This document shows positions 7,987 through 18,297 of a stretch of 31,512 nt of DNA, in pieces. The stretch is from an uncultured Planctomycetaceae bacterium (GTDB lineage: Bacteria; Planctomycetota; Planctomycetia; Planctomycetales; Planctomycetaceae). Where the stretch lies: the NCBI GenBank assembly GCA_963976765.1, contig CAXBME010000032.1, forward strand, positions 62,001 to 93,512, read 5' to 3'. The notes beneath the pieces were generated by a model, which was given only the letters and a program-made list of their open reading frames with translations, had not been told where the DNA came from and did not search any database. Numbering within the stretch: the first letter of the stretch is position 1; each line of letters starts with the position of its first letter. Position numbers and translations under genes: made by a program.

Positions 7987-9570
7987 ATGAGATTTGGTCG
8001 CCATAGAGCCAGTCAGCTGGATATCGTTGCCATGTCGATGTTGTGTGTTTTGTTGCTATGCCGACAAGGTTTGGCGGAGCAGCTCACCTCATCGTCAAGG
8101 CAATCAGCCGACAAACGCCCAAACGTGGTGATCATTCTTGCTGACGATCTGGGGTATGGCGATGCTGGTGTCCTGAACCGCGATAGCCGGATTCCTACGC
8201 CGCACCTGGACCGGCTTGCAGAAGAGGGACTGATTTTCACGGACGCCCATTCGGCGGGATCGTATTGTGTGCCTTCGCGCTATGGGTTGTTGACCGGTCG
8301 GTATATGTGGCGGACTCGGCTGGGGTCAGGCGGGAATCTCGCGAATCTTGCCGGGACATTGATTGAGCCCGGACGCAAGACGCTCGCAAATATGCTTCAC
8401 GAGGCGGGATATTTCACCGGGCTGATCGGCAAGTGGCATCAGGGGATCGACTGGAAACTGCGCGATGAAAGCGCGCGGGAGATCATTCGGGTTCATCCCA
8501 ACTACCAGGATTTTCAGAACATCGACTTTGCGGCACCTGTCCTGAAAGGACCTCGCGATTTTGGATTCGACTATTCATTTGGGATCGCCGGATCGGCAGA
8601 GATGAATCCTGCTACGTTCATCGAGAATAACCGAGCGACAGTTGTACCATCGCTGTCCTCTCGAACGGCAAAGGCCAGGCTCGGTGAATGGTTCGGGCGG
8701 GACGACAATATCATTGCCGATGGCTACACGATGGACTGTCTCGTGCCGATGCTGTCGAATAAGGCGTGCGAGTTTGTGGAGGCGGCAGTTCGCGATCGGC
8801 CCGATCATCCATTCTTTCTCTATTACGCGATGACGACGCCTCATAACCCGATTGTCCCCAACAAGGAATTCGTCGGAACCAGTCGCGCCGGAACGTATGG
8901 AGATTTCGTCGTCGAACTCGACCACCACGTCGGCAGACTTCTTCGTAAGGTTGACGAACTGGGGATCGCAGAGAACACGATCGTGATCTTCACCAGCGAC
9001 AATGGACCTGTGAATCGCACGAAGGGATATCCGGCCAGATGGGTCAGGGGTAACACTGGTGTTTACGGACACGACTCGAATGGCCCATTCAGCGGCTGGA
9101 AGGCCGGGTTGCAGGAAGGAGGGCACCGCGTCCCGTTCTTTGTCCGTTGGCCTGAGAAGGTCAAGCCTGGTAGTCGCTGTTCAACGACGATCCTCTTCAA
9201 TGATGTTTTTCCGACATTGGCCGAGATACTGAACGTCAACCTTGGCGAGAAGACTGCCGAAGATGGTCAGAGCTTCTTTCGGGCACTGACTGGCGAACAA
9301 CGCCCCGTGTCATTTCACGACGCGATCGTCCACAACCACAGCAACGGCACTTTTGCCATTCGTATGGGGACGTACAAGCTGACAGTCAACGGGCCGAAAA
9401 CCCTCGCACAACTCCTGGACGATGACTTTCCGGTGTCGTTCGCGCTGCATGATCTTGAAAAAGACAATGAAGAAACGACCGACGTATCAGGAGGTCATTC
9501 GCAACTGATCAAAGAGATGTTTGGCCTGCTCAAGAAGTTTGTCCGGGAAGGCCGAAGCGATGGCAGATGA
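7987..9570 (+). CDS. Arylsulfatase (formylglycine-dependent S1 sulfatase), exported
   Basis: PNVVIILADDLGYGD, CVPSRYGLLTGR, GKWHQG, FTSDNG and EGGHRVPF motifs; signal-peptide-like N-terminus. Start could be 7945, 7987 or slightly later. Confidence 0.95.
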   Translation: MRFGRHRASQLDIVAMSMLCVLLLCRQGLAEQLTSSSRQSADKRPNVVIILADDLGYGDAGVLNRDSRIPTPHLDRLAEEGLIFTDAHSAGSYCVPSRYGLLTGRYMWRTRLGSGGNLANLAGTLIEPGRKTLANMLHEAGYFTGLIGKWHQGIDWKLRDESAREIIRVHPNYQDFQNIDFAAPVLKGPRDFGFDYSFGIAGSAEMNPATFIENNRATVVPSLSSRTAKARLGEWFGRDDNIIADGYTMDCLVPMLSNKACEFVEAAVRDRPDHPFFLYYAMTTPHNPIVPNKEFVGTSRAGTYGDFVVELDHHVGRLLRKVDELGIAENTIVIFTSDNGPVNRTKGYPARWVRGNTGVYGHDSNGPFSGWKAGLQEGGHRVPFFVRWPEKVKPGSRCSTTILFNDVFPTLAEILNVNLGEKTAEDGQSFFRALTGEQRPVSFHDAIVHNHSNGTFAIRMGTYKLTVNGPKTLAQLLDDDFPVSFALHDLEKDNEETTDVSGGHSQLIKEMFGLLKKFVREGRSDGR

Positions 9571-9670
9571 TGCCTGTGATAAAATGCTGGCCGATTGCCG
9601 GTTGGTGAATTTCCTGACACACTCTGCGTACTTCAGTCCTTCCAGACTCGGCCCACCAGGAATCTTCAGG

Positions 9671-10924
9671 ATGCAGAATCCCGCTTTCACGCTGCTTGTC
9701 ATCGTTGTTTTCACCCTGTCGTCAACGCACGTGCAGAGTGCTGACTACTGGAATCAGTTTCGCGGAGCGATGACTAACGGGTATTCGCCATCGGACAACC
9801 TGCCGCTCGAATGGAGCGAAGATTCGAATGTTGCGTGGAAAACGCCGATTCACGGCAAAGCGTGGTCGTCTCCCGTCGTATGGGGAGACCAGATCTGGAT
9901 GACGACGGCGACTCCCGATGGCAAGGAATTGTTTGCAGTTTGCGTCGACGCGAAGTCAGGCAGGGTTGAACACGACGTCAAGGTGTTCGACATTGCCGAG
10001 CCAATGTTCTGCATTCCGTACAACAGTTACGCGAGTCCGACTCCCGTGATTGAAGACGGTCGAGTCTGGGTTCACTACGGCAGTGCGGGCACGGCGTGTC
10101 TGGATACCGCGACGGGCAAGACACTGTGGGTGCGGCAGGATCTGCCGTGCGACCATCTCCGCGGAGCTGGATCTTCGCCGGTCATTTTTCGAAATATGGT
10201 CATCATCAATTTTGACGGAGCGGACTATCAGTACGTGGTCGCGCTCGATAAGCAAACCGGCAAAACCGTCTGGAAGACTGACCGCACAATCGATTACGGA
10301 ACTGACAAAGGCGATGCCAAAAAAGCCTACTGCACACCGACCGTGTTCAAACATGATGGGCGACTGCAGATGGTCAGTCCGGCGGCTGTCGCAACGATCT
10401 CATACAACCCGCTCGACGGCAAAGAACTGTGGACCGTTTATCATGGCGGTTACAACGCCGCAGCGAGACCGATTTACAGTCACGGTCACGTTTTTATCAA
10501 CCTGGAAGGTGGCAAGCGACTGCTGGCTGTCCGGCCCGATGGAAGTGGCAACGTGACCGACACACACGTCACATGGACCTGTGGGAAGTCCACTCCGACC
10601 CGCCCGTCGCAACTCATCGTCGGCGACCACATGTTTATGGTTAATGACAAAGGCGTGGCGTCTTGCCTGGATATCAAAACCGGAGAACCTGTCTGGACCG
10701 AACGTATCGAGGGCCGCCACAGCGCCTCACCGATTTATTCGAACGGTCGCATTTACCTGTTTGACGAAGATGATGGAGTCACCCGAGTCGTCGCCGCCGA
10801 TCCGACCGCCTACAAACTTCTCGCCACTAATAAGCTCGACGGTGGATGCATGGCTTCGCCGGGCGTCTACAAAGATTCGCTGCTCATCCGCACAAAAAAG
10901 CATCTGTACCGAGTCGGGAAGTAG
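9671..10924 (+). CDS. PQQ-binding-like beta-propeller repeat protein (BamB-like fold), exported
   Basis: Signal peptide followed by WNQFRG, WSSPVVWGD, repeated D..TGK..W motifs and ASPG..KDSLLIRT. Confidence 0.9.
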   Translation: MQNPAFTLLVIVVFTLSSTHVQSADYWNQFRGAMTNGYSPSDNLPLEWSEDSNVAWKTPIHGKAWSSPVVWGDQIWMTTATPDGKELFAVCVDAKSGRVEHDVKVFDIAEPMFCIPYNSYASPTPVIEDGRVWVHYGSAGTACLDTATGKTLWVRQDLPCDHLRGAGSSPVIFRNMVIINFDGADYQYVVALDKQTGKTVWKTDRTIDYGTDKGDAKKAYCTPTVFKHDGRLQMVSPAAVATISYNPLDGKELWTVYHGGYNAAARPIYSHGHVFINLEGGKRLLAVRPDGSGNVTDTHVTWTCGKSTPTRPSQLIVGDHMFMVNDKGVASCLDIKTGEPVWTERIEGRHSASPIYSNGRIYLFDEDDGVTRVVAADPTAYKLLATNKLDGGCMASPGVYKDSLLIRTKKHLYRVGK

Positions 10925-11258
10925 CATGGTTGTTTCCCCGGTCTGAGGGCTTTGCTGTGCCGTCGACTGGACCGAAGCCTGTTCCGGCAACGTGTTGCTG
11001 GAATTTTTCCCGTGGCCTGTGATCGGGTAGTTTGCCCGTCGCCGTCGTTCAGTATTTCAGAAACTTGCGTCGTGCCGGAACGGTTTACGAATTTCAGTTC
11101 CCGCAGTGTTTGCTGAGCTCAGCTGAGCGAACACTGCGAGAGACAGAAGGGCGTTGACTCAGTTTCCAAATTTTTGATCAACGACCAGGATGTCTTTTCT
11201 TTCAACTGTGACCCCGTCACCGCAGACAATTTGGCCACGCTGGAACGGAAACTGACCT

Positions 11259-12080
11259 GTGAAACTGATGAAGTGCTTTCTACTGCTGATTCTGGTTGTT
11301 CGTGCTGCCAGCGTTGCGGACGCACAACTGATCGTGGCTCACCGCGGTGCGTCGCATGACGCGCCGGAAAATACGCTCGCTGCGTTCCGCCTGGCCTGGG
11401 AACAGAATGCCGACGCGATCGAAGGTGACTTTTATCTGACGCGCGATCGGCAAATCGTCTGCCTCCACGACCGGACGACGAAACGAGTCGCTCCAGACCA
11501 GCCAGAGTTGAACGTCACCGAATCGACGCTGGACGAACTGCGGACGCTCGACGTCGGACGCTGGAAGTCCCCGCGTTTCGTGAACGAGCGAATTCCAACA
11601 CTCGCAGAAGTCCTGGCCACCGTGCCAGATGGGCGGCAAATCTTCGTCGAAATCAAATGTGGCCCTGAGGTTCTGCCGGTGCTCAAGTCGCAGCTGGCAG
11701 CTTCGCCACTCAAGCCTGAGCAGATTACGATCATCTGTTTCAACGAAGCGGTTGTGATGCAGGCGCAGGAAACAATGCCTCAGTACCGAGCAAACTGGCT
11801 CACCAGCTATCGACAAAAGGAAAAATCAAATCCCTGGACACCGTCAATTGAGGACGTGTTGAAAACACTGAAGCGTACCGGAGCAACCGGACTCGGCAGC
11901 AACGGAAATCTGAAGGTGATTGACTTGCCGTTCGTTGAAAAGGTCCGGCATGCCGGTTTTGGATTTCACGTATGGACGGTCAACGATCCGCAAGCGGCCC
12001 GGAAGTTTCGATCGCTGGGGGCCGAATCGATTACGACCGATCGCCCGGCGTTCATCCGCAAGGCACTCGACGGTAATTAG
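11259..12080 (+). CDS. Glycerophosphodiester phosphodiesterase (GDPD family), with signal peptide
   Basis: IVAHRGASHDAPENTLAAF, IEGD, HD, ERIPTLAEVL, VEIK, WTVND and ITTDRP. Start is GTG 11259 or ATG 11268. Confidence 0.95.
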   Translation: MKLMKCFLLLILVVRAASVADAQLIVAHRGASHDAPENTLAAFRLAWEQNADAIEGDFYLTRDRQIVCLHDRTTKRVAPDQPELNVTESTLDELRTLDVGRWKSPRFVNERIPTLAEVLATVPDGRQIFVEIKCGPEVLPVLKSQLAASPLKPEQITIICFNEAVVMQAQETMPQYRANWLTSYRQKEKSNPWTPSIEDVLKTLKRTGATGLGSNGNLKVIDLPFVEKVRHAGFGFHVWTVNDPQAARKFRSLGAESITTDRPAFIRKALDGN

Positions 12081-12403
12081 ACCATCTTCATGGTTTCTGT
12101 GCAGGAGCTGACGCCCGGGATAACCATCGTTTTCTTTGTGGCCTTCCTGCAGAACACTGAAAACGAATTCTGAAAGTGCTCTGGTTTTGGTCGAGTGTTT
12201 GAGTGGCCGCAGATAGAGACCTGACGCGACTTCCTGGTGACGTTTCCTGTGACCGTTGGCGAATACGTTGTTTCCTGCGAAGCGGGTTGTCCGATTGTGG
12301 CAGAATGCTTTCGAGGCGTTATCTTCACAATGCTGCTCATGGGATCGGTGAGACGACAGTTGAGCCGCTTGCCTTTTTCAAGCACCTTTATCCGGGATGT
12401 GAG

Positions 12404-13837
12404 ATGCGATTCGTACTCCAGTCAGTGGTTGTGGCAGCCGCATTGATTTCAGGCATGAAAAGTGTCGAGGCGGCTGATCAGCCAAACGTGCTGATCATCA
12501 TGGCCGACGACTGCACGTTCAGCGATCTTCCGTTGTACGGTGGGCTGAATGCAAAGACACCAAACATTGACCGACTGGCCTCAGAAGGGCTGACTTTTAA
12601 TAAGGCCTACCTTTCGTCGGCGATGTGTCAGCCCTGTCGTGCGGAGTTGTTTTCCGGGCAGTATCCGATGCGGAACGGTTGTGCCTGGAATCACTCGGCC
12701 AGTCGACCGGTCACGACCAGCATGCCGCAGCATCTGGGAAAGCTTGGCTATCGAGTCGGTCTGGCCGGCAAGGTCCATGTCAAACCGCAGTCATCATTTC
12801 CTTTTGAGAAGGTGGAAGGGTTTGATCCCAGCTGCGTTCGCAACCCGACGCAGGAACACGATCTGACGGCGTTGCGGGAGTTTGTCACTCGAGAGCCCAA
12901 CAACCCGTTCTGTCTGGTCGTCGCTCTGGTCGAGCCGCACGTTCCGTGGGTGATGGGTGACGTTTCGCAATACCCTCAGAAGAAGTTGAAGCTGCCTCCC
13001 AACATCGCCGACACGTTGAGAACCCGGCAGGACTTTGCCAGTTACCTGGCCGAGATCACGTATATGGACGGGCAGGTTGGTGAGCTTCTTGACACGCTCG
13101 ACGCGGCTGGTCGAGCGCAGGATACGCTCGTGCTGTTTACTTCGGAGCAGGGGGCGCAGTTTCCAGGTTGCAAGTGGACGAACTGGGACACGGGGCTGCA
13201 CACCGCTCTGATTGCTCGACTGCCGGGTGTTACACCAGTGGGCCAACGCACGGACGCTCTGGTTCAGTATGCCGACGTCCTGCCCACGCTGCTGGAGCTG
13301 GCTGGCTCGCCTTCTGAAAATGGTCAACACGACGGCCGCAGTTTTCTTCCCGTGCTCAAGGGCGAAAAAGACTCGCACCGCGAATTCGTTTACGGCATGC
13401 ACAACAACATTCCGGAAGGCCCCGCCTATCCAATCCGCACGGTTAGCGATGGAACGTGGCGATACATTCGCAACCTGGCGCCGGACGAAATTTATATCGA
13501 GAAACATCTGATGGGGTTGCAAGGCAAAGCTGCTTTAAACAATCCCTACTGGGCGACCTGGGTCTGGGACAGTCATTCGAATGCTGAAACGTACGACCTT
13601 GTGAAACGCTACATGCGTCGCCCGGCCGAACAGCTTTACCGAACGGCGAATGATCCTTTTGAAATAACGAACCTGGCGGGTGACAAGGAACATGCCGCTG
13701 TCTTGAATCGACTGAGTCAGGAACTCGATCACTGGATGGCGTCACAGGGAGATCCGGGAACGCTCCAGGACACAACAGAATCAATTAACGCAGCTCGCCG
13801 CGGGCAGCACCGGTTCTTCCCACCTGACACCCCGTAG
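12404..13837 (+). CDS. Sulfatase (S1 family, N-sulfoglucosamine sulfohydrolase-like)
   Basis: PNVLIIMADD, CQPCRAELFSG, GKVH, EPHVPW, FTSEQG and YPIRTV; signal peptide from ATG 12404. Confidence 0.92.
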   Translation: MRFVLQSVVVAAALISGMKSVEAADQPNVLIIMADDCTFSDLPLYGGLNAKTPNIDRLASEGLTFNKAYLSSAMCQPCRAELFSGQYPMRNGCAWNHSASRPVTTSMPQHLGKLGYRVGLAGKVHVKPQSSFPFEKVEGFDPSCVRNPTQEHDLTALREFVTREPNNPFCLVVALVEPHVPWVMGDVSQYPQKKLKLPPNIADTLRTRQDFASYLAEITYMDGQVGELLDTLDAAGRAQDTLVLFTSEQGAQFPGCKWTNWDTGLHTALIARLPGVTPVGQRTDALVQYADVLPTLLELAGSPSENGQHDGRSFLPVLKGEKDSHREFVYGMHNNIPEGPAYPIRTVSDGTWRYIRNLAPDEIYIEKHLMGLQGKAALNNPYWATWVWDSHSNAETYDLVKRYMRRPAEQLYRTANDPFEITNLAGDKEHAAVLNRLSQELDHWMASQGDPGTLQDTTESINAARRGQHRFFPPDTP

Positions 13838-13966
13838 GGGGCAGTGCCCACCGGACCGTAGTTCTGCTGGGTGTGTCTTGACGCACTATCGATGGACGTG
13901 AAGTTGTGGTGCGTGCGAGAAGCATCTGCACGGACTTATTCAGTTTTCAGTCTGAAAAATTGAACC

Positions 13967-16447
13967 ATGAAATATTCACTTCAAGGTCGTTTTGTGAGCA
14001 ACATGTTTGTGTTGGCTGCGGGTCTGGTTGTGGCAGGGGGGGGCGAACTTCCGGCAGTGGAAAAGTCTGCCGACAAGGTGCCTGTCGACTTCGCACGGGA
14101 GGTGCTCCCAATACTGTCAGACAAGTGTTTCGTTTGTCACGGGCCTGATTCTGTCGAAGATGGTCAGCTTCGACTTGATACTTTTGAAGCGGCAACGCAA
14201 GCCCGCAGCGGCTATCAGGCGATCAACCCGACGTCGCCCGAGCAAAGTGAACTGCTCGCAAGAATTCATTCGGTCGATGAACCGATGCCCCCCGCCGATG
14301 CCGAGAAACAGTTGAGTCGCCGCGAACGGGATGTGTTAACGCGGTGGGTAAAGCAGGGAGGAGATTACGCCAGGCACTGGGCGTTCGTGCCACCTCAGAA
14401 GGTCACTCCGACGATTGATGACCCTTCTGTGCGAAATGAGATCGACGCATTCCTGCTGAAGAAGATGCGCGCAGAAGGTGTCGCTTTCGCCGCCGAGGCC
14501 GACCGCAGAATTCTCGCGCGACGCGTGGCTTTGACATTGACCGGACTGCCGCCTGAGCCACTGCTGTTGGACCGGTTTCTGGATGACTCAAGTGACGAGG
14601 CGTACGGAAAGCTGGTCGATGAGTTGATGATGAGTCCTCGGTTCGGCGAGCACCAGGCACGCTACTGGCTGGACGCCGTTCGCTACGGAGACACTCACGG
14701 TTTGCATCTCGACAATAAGCGAGGCATCTACCCGTATCGCGACTGGGTCGTGCGGGCGCTGAATCAGAATCTGCCGCTGGATCAGTTTATCACGTGGCAA
14801 TTGGCCGGGGATCTGCTGGCGGAGCCGACACTGGAGCAGAAGATTGCCACCGGGTACGTACGCTTGAATCCTTCAACAGGCGAAGGCGGGGCAATTCCGG
14901 CCGAGTTTCAAATGAAGAACAATTTCGACCGGGTGGAAACCCTGGGAACAGTGTTCCTTGGAATGTCGCTGACGTGTGCCCGCTGTCACACTCACAAGTA
15001 CGATCCGATTCCTCAGACCGAGTATTACCGGCTGCTTGCCTTTTTCAACAGCACCGCCGAGCCCTCAATGGACGGCAACAAGTATGAGTACGGCCCTGTC
15101 GCAAAGGTTCCGAAAGATCAGGCGTCGTGGAAAGAGTGGAGCCAGCTTCTGAAGCTGCGTGGCGATCTGATCCGTCAGGTCTACAACCGCCTGGAGAGTG
15201 GTGAGTCGGTTGCTGCGGCGACTCTTAAAAAGTGGCTGAGCAGTTCGGATGCGGAGCGTTTGAATCTGCTTGCCGCACCGGACGGTGGCTTTGACCAGTT
15301 CGAACTGGCTAAGCACGCAGTCGAGCTGAAAAAGCAGATCGAGCAGGCAGAAGCAGCCTTTACCACAACGCTCGTTGCACAGGATCTTCCTCAGCCACGA
15401 AGTACTCACGTTCTCAAACGCGGCGAGTACGATTTGCCGATCGGTGAGCTGTTGCAGCCGGGAATCCTCGAAGTGATGGGAAGTTTTCCCGAAGACTCGC
15501 CGCGCAACCGGTTGGGTCTCGCAAATTGGCTGACTGCGCGCGAGCATCCGCTTGTCGCCCGAGTCCTGATCAATCGGGTCTGGCAGCGAGTGTTCGGCTA
15601 TGGACTGGTGCGGACTCCGGAAGATTTCGGACTGCAAGGACAGCAGCCGACTCATCCTGAACTGCTCGACTGGCTGGCTGTCGAGTTGCAGGATTCCGGC
15701 TGGAATCTCAAGCACATGCTCAGGCTGATGGTGACCAGCCGAGCGTTTCGACAAAGCTCTGCGTGGCGGAGCGATGTGTCGGATCCAGAGAATCTGCTGT
15801 TTGCTCGCGGGCCGGCTTACCGACTTGACGCTGAAGTGCTGCGGGATGTTGCTCTGTGGGCGAGCGGCCTGCTCGACCCATCAATGGGCGGCGAAGGCGT
15901 GAAGCCGTACCAGCCCGTTGGCATGTGGAAGGCTCTGGCACACCCCGCCAGCAACACCAAAGAGTATGTCGCCGATAAAGGGCAACTGCTCTACCGCCGC
16001 AGCCTTTACGTTTACTGGAAGCGGACCAGCCCGCACCCCATGATGACACTGTTCGACGCGCCGGACCGCGAATCCAGTTGCGTCCGCCGATCCCGTACAA
16101 ACACGTCGTTGCAATCGCTGGGCCTGCTCAACGAGACGCAGCGGATCGAAATGTCCCGGAAGCTGGCCGAGCGACTGTTACTCGAAGCGGACGGCGATGA
16201 GGCTCGACTGAATTTGCTCTTCGAACTGCTCGCCAGTCGGAGTCCGACTGATCGTGAGTCGGTCGCCTGCCTGAATCTTCTGGCGGCTATGAAGCGACGA
16301 TTCACTCAGTCGCCCAACGACGCGCTGGCACTTCTTTCGCTGGGCGAAGCGGTTCGAAATGAGAAGCTGAATCCTGCCGAACTCGCCGCCTGGACACAGG
16401 TCACGGTGACGGTTCTCGCCAGCGACGTCGCGATACTCCTTTATTGA
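13967..16447 (+). CDS. Planctomycete cytochrome c (PSCyt1) + DUF1549 + DUF1553 domain protein
   Basis: DFAREVLPILSDKCFVCHGPD, HWAFVPP, WLDAVRYGDTHG, CARCHTHKYDPI, PTHPELLDWLA and RRSLY; two CxxCH motifs. Confidence 0.95.
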   Translation: MKYSLQGRFVSNMFVLAAGLVVAGGGELPAVEKSADKVPVDFAREVLPILSDKCFVCHGPDSVEDGQLRLDTFEAATQARSGYQAINPTSPEQSELLARIHSVDEPMPPADAEKQLSRRERDVLTRWVKQGGDYARHWAFVPPQKVTPTIDDPSVRNEIDAFLLKKMRAEGVAFAAEADRRILARRVALTLTGLPPEPLLLDRFLDDSSDEAYGKLVDELMMSPRFGEHQARYWLDAVRYGDTHGLHLDNKRGIYPYRDWVVRALNQNLPLDQFITWQLAGDLLAEPTLEQKIATGYVRLNPSTGEGGAIPAEFQMKNNFDRVETLGTVFLGMSLTCARCHTHKYDPIPQTEYYRLLAFFNSTAEPSMDGNKYEYGPVAKVPKDQASWKEWSQLLKLRGDLIRQVYNRLESGESVAAATLKKWLSSSDAERLNLLAAPDGGFDQFELAKHAVELKKQIEQAEAAFTTTLVAQDLPQPRSTHVLKRGEYDLPIGELLQPGILEVMGSFPEDSPRNRLGLANWLTAREHPLVARVLINRVWQRVFGYGLVRTPEDFGLQGQQPTHPELLDWLAVELQDSGWNLKHMLRLMVTSRAFRQSSAWRSDVSDPENLLFARGPAYRLDAEVLRDVALWASGLLDPSMGGEGVKPYQPVGMWKALAHPASNTKEYVADKGQLLYRRSLYVYWKRTSPHPMMTLFDAPDRESSCVRRSRTNTSLQSLGLLNETQRIEMSRKLAERLLLEADGDEARLNLLFELLASRSPTDRESVACLNLLAAMKRRFTQSPNDALALLSLGEAVRNEKLNPAELAAWTQVTVTVLASDVAILLY

Positions 16448-16507
16448 AGACATTTTCGACTCAGGTGCCACAAGCAGAATTTTCAAAGGTATTGATCGAT
16501 CTTTTCC

Positions 16508-16586
16508 GTGTGCCACTGGCTTTGCCAGTGCGTGCGTTTCTGTTGGAGCGAGAGTTTTGGAAACACTGGCGAAGCCAGTGGCACAC
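16508..16586. repeat. Inverted doublet of a 23-bp REP-like palindromic element (REPIN-like)
   Basis: GTGTGCCACTGGCTTTGCCAGTG (16508-16530) and CACTGGCGAAGCCAGTGGCACAC (16564-16586) are reverse complements with one mismatch. Each has an internal CACTGGC-N3-GCCAGTG hairpin. Confidence 0.85.
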
Positions 16587-16649
16587 AGTTCGGACTTTAA
16601 TCCGACCTCACTACCGAGGTCAGAATTTTAGAGACACACGGTGACTGTC

Positions 16650-18155
16650 ATGGTGAATGAAAACCCGATTCGTGAACACGAGCTGATGGTCACGCGGCGG
16701 CAGTTGTTTGGTCGCGCAGCGTTGGGGCTGGGCACTGCTGCTCTGGGACAGTTAATGGCTCGGGAAACGCATGGCGCACGCGGTGGAGTGCTGCCGGCGA
16801 CGCATCACGCGCCGAAAGCGAAACGCGTGATCTACCTATTCATGAGCGGAGGCCCCAGTCATCTCGACCTGTGGGATTACAAGCCCGGTCTGGCGAAGAA
16901 ATTTAACGAGCAATTGCCGCCGGAAGTTCGTAACGGTCAACGCGTCACCGGTATGACAGCCAACCAGAAAAGTGGCCTGCCAATCTGCCCTACTAAGTAT
17001 CACTTCACGAAATGCAACAACAACGACAAAGGATTGTGGGTCAGCGAGTTGCTCCCGCATATGGCGAGCGTTGCTCAGGACATTTGCGTGACCTATAGCA
17101 CGTTTACCGAAGCCATCAACCACGACCCGGCCATCACGTACATTCAGACCGGAAGTCAGATTCCAGGCAGGCCGAGTCTTGGAGCGTGGCTCAGCTACGG
17201 CCTGGGCAGCATGAACGAGAACTTGCCGCACTATGTGGTGATGCACGCTCGTACGAATCACGCCGAGCAGAGTCTGTTCAACCGGCTCTGGGGACCAGGT
17301 TTTCTGCCGTCAGATCATCAGGGCATGCTGATGCGCAGCCAGGGCGACCCCGTTCTGTACCTCAGCAATCCGAAGGGAATTTCCAGTAAGGATCGCCGCG
17401 CTCAACTGGACGCTCTGTCGGCGTTGAACAATGAGCAGTACCAGCGCTTCGCGGATCTGGAAATCGTCGCCCGCATTCGTCAGCACGAGATGGCTTATCG
17501 AATGCAAACGTCCGTGCCGGAGCTGATGGACCTTTCCGATGAAACGAAAGAAACGTTCGACCTCTACGGCGACGATGCCAGAACTCCGGGGACGTTCGCG
17601 GCGTGTTGCCTGAACGCTCGACGGCTGGCTGAACGAGGGGTGCGCAACATTCAGATTTTTCATCGAGGCTGGGATGCGCACGGCGGACTGCCGCGCGAAC
17701 ATGGCTCGCAGTGCAAAGACATCGACCAGGGCAGTGCCGCTCTGATCCGAGACCTCAAACAGCGAGGGATGCTTGAGGACACGCTGGTCGTCTGGGGTGG
17801 CGAGTTCGGTCGCACGGTGTACTGCCAGGGAAATCTCACCCGGGAAAACTACGGTCGCGACCATCACCCTCGCTGCTTCACCACCTGGATGGCTGGTGGC
17901 GGAGTCAAACCGGGAATCACCTACGGCCAGACTGACGAGTACGGCTACAACATCGCCGACTCGGATGGCGTACCACTTTCACCGCAGCCGAGCAAAGAAA
18001 AGTGGACTCCCGGCACGATGCACATTCACGATCTCAACGCCACGATTCTGCACCTGCTCGGCATCGACCACAAACGACTCACCTATCGTTACCAGGGCCG
18101 CGACTTCCGCCTGACCGACGTCCACGGCCATGTAGTCCACGACGTGATTGCGTAG
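16650..18155 (+). CDS. DUF1501 domain protein (alkaline phosphatase/sulfatase-like superfamily), Tat-like signal
   Basis: TRRQLFGRAALGLG, AKRVIYLFMSGGPSHLDLWDYKP, GWDAH, WGGEFGRT, GRDHHP and FRLTDVHG; canonical position after the DUF1553 gene. GTG 16641 is an alternative start. Confidence 0.95.
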   Translation: MVNENPIREHELMVTRRQLFGRAALGLGTAALGQLMARETHGARGGVLPATHHAPKAKRVIYLFMSGGPSHLDLWDYKPGLAKKFNEQLPPEVRNGQRVTGMTANQKSGLPICPTKYHFTKCNNNDKGLWVSELLPHMASVAQDICVTYSTFTEAINHDPAITYIQTGSQIPGRPSLGAWLSYGLGSMNENLPHYVVMHARTNHAEQSLFNRLWGPGFLPSDHQGMLMRSQGDPVLYLSNPKGISSKDRRAQLDALSALNNEQYQRFADLEIVARIRQHEMAYRMQTSVPELMDLSDETKETFDLYGDDARTPGTFAACCLNARRLAERGVRNIQIFHRGWDAHGGLPREHGSQCKDIDQGSAALIRDLKQRGMLEDTLVVWGGEFGRTVYCQGNLTRENYGRDHHPRCFTTWMAGGGVKPGITYGQTDEYGYNIADSDGVPLSPQPSKEKWTPGTMHIHDLNATILHLLGIDHKRLTYRYQGRDFRLTDVHGHVVHDVIA

Positions 18156-18297
18156 CCGTTGTGGATTTCCATCAGCCTTCGTCGGAGCATCGATTGTTTC
18201 CTCGGATAGTTTTCACTGGGTGCGTCTCGACATACCAATTCTGAAAATTTGCAGACGACTGGTGCGTCAGGACGTCCTCTACTCATTGGATTTTGTC

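Noticed and set aside
9521..9670. Apparent overlap between the sulfatase and the propeller ORF
   Set aside because: Artefact of the longest-ORF start; the signal peptide begins at ATG 9671. The same applies to the extended starts at 6356, 12203, 18148, 23636, 24348 and 31101.
9671..10924. Calling the propeller genes bamB or a PQQ alcohol dehydrogenase
   Set aside because: No lipobox, no bam gene context and no recognisable dehydrogenase catalytic motifs; these look like members of the expanded planctomycete propeller family.
11112..11128. Overlapping palindromes GCTGAGCTCAGCTGAGC
   Set aside because: Short, single occurrence with no supporting context.
16508..16586. Possible mini-CRISPR (two repeats with a 33-bp spacer)
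   Set aside because: The repeats are inverted rather than direct, there are only two, and no cas genes are present; the pattern fits a REP doublet.
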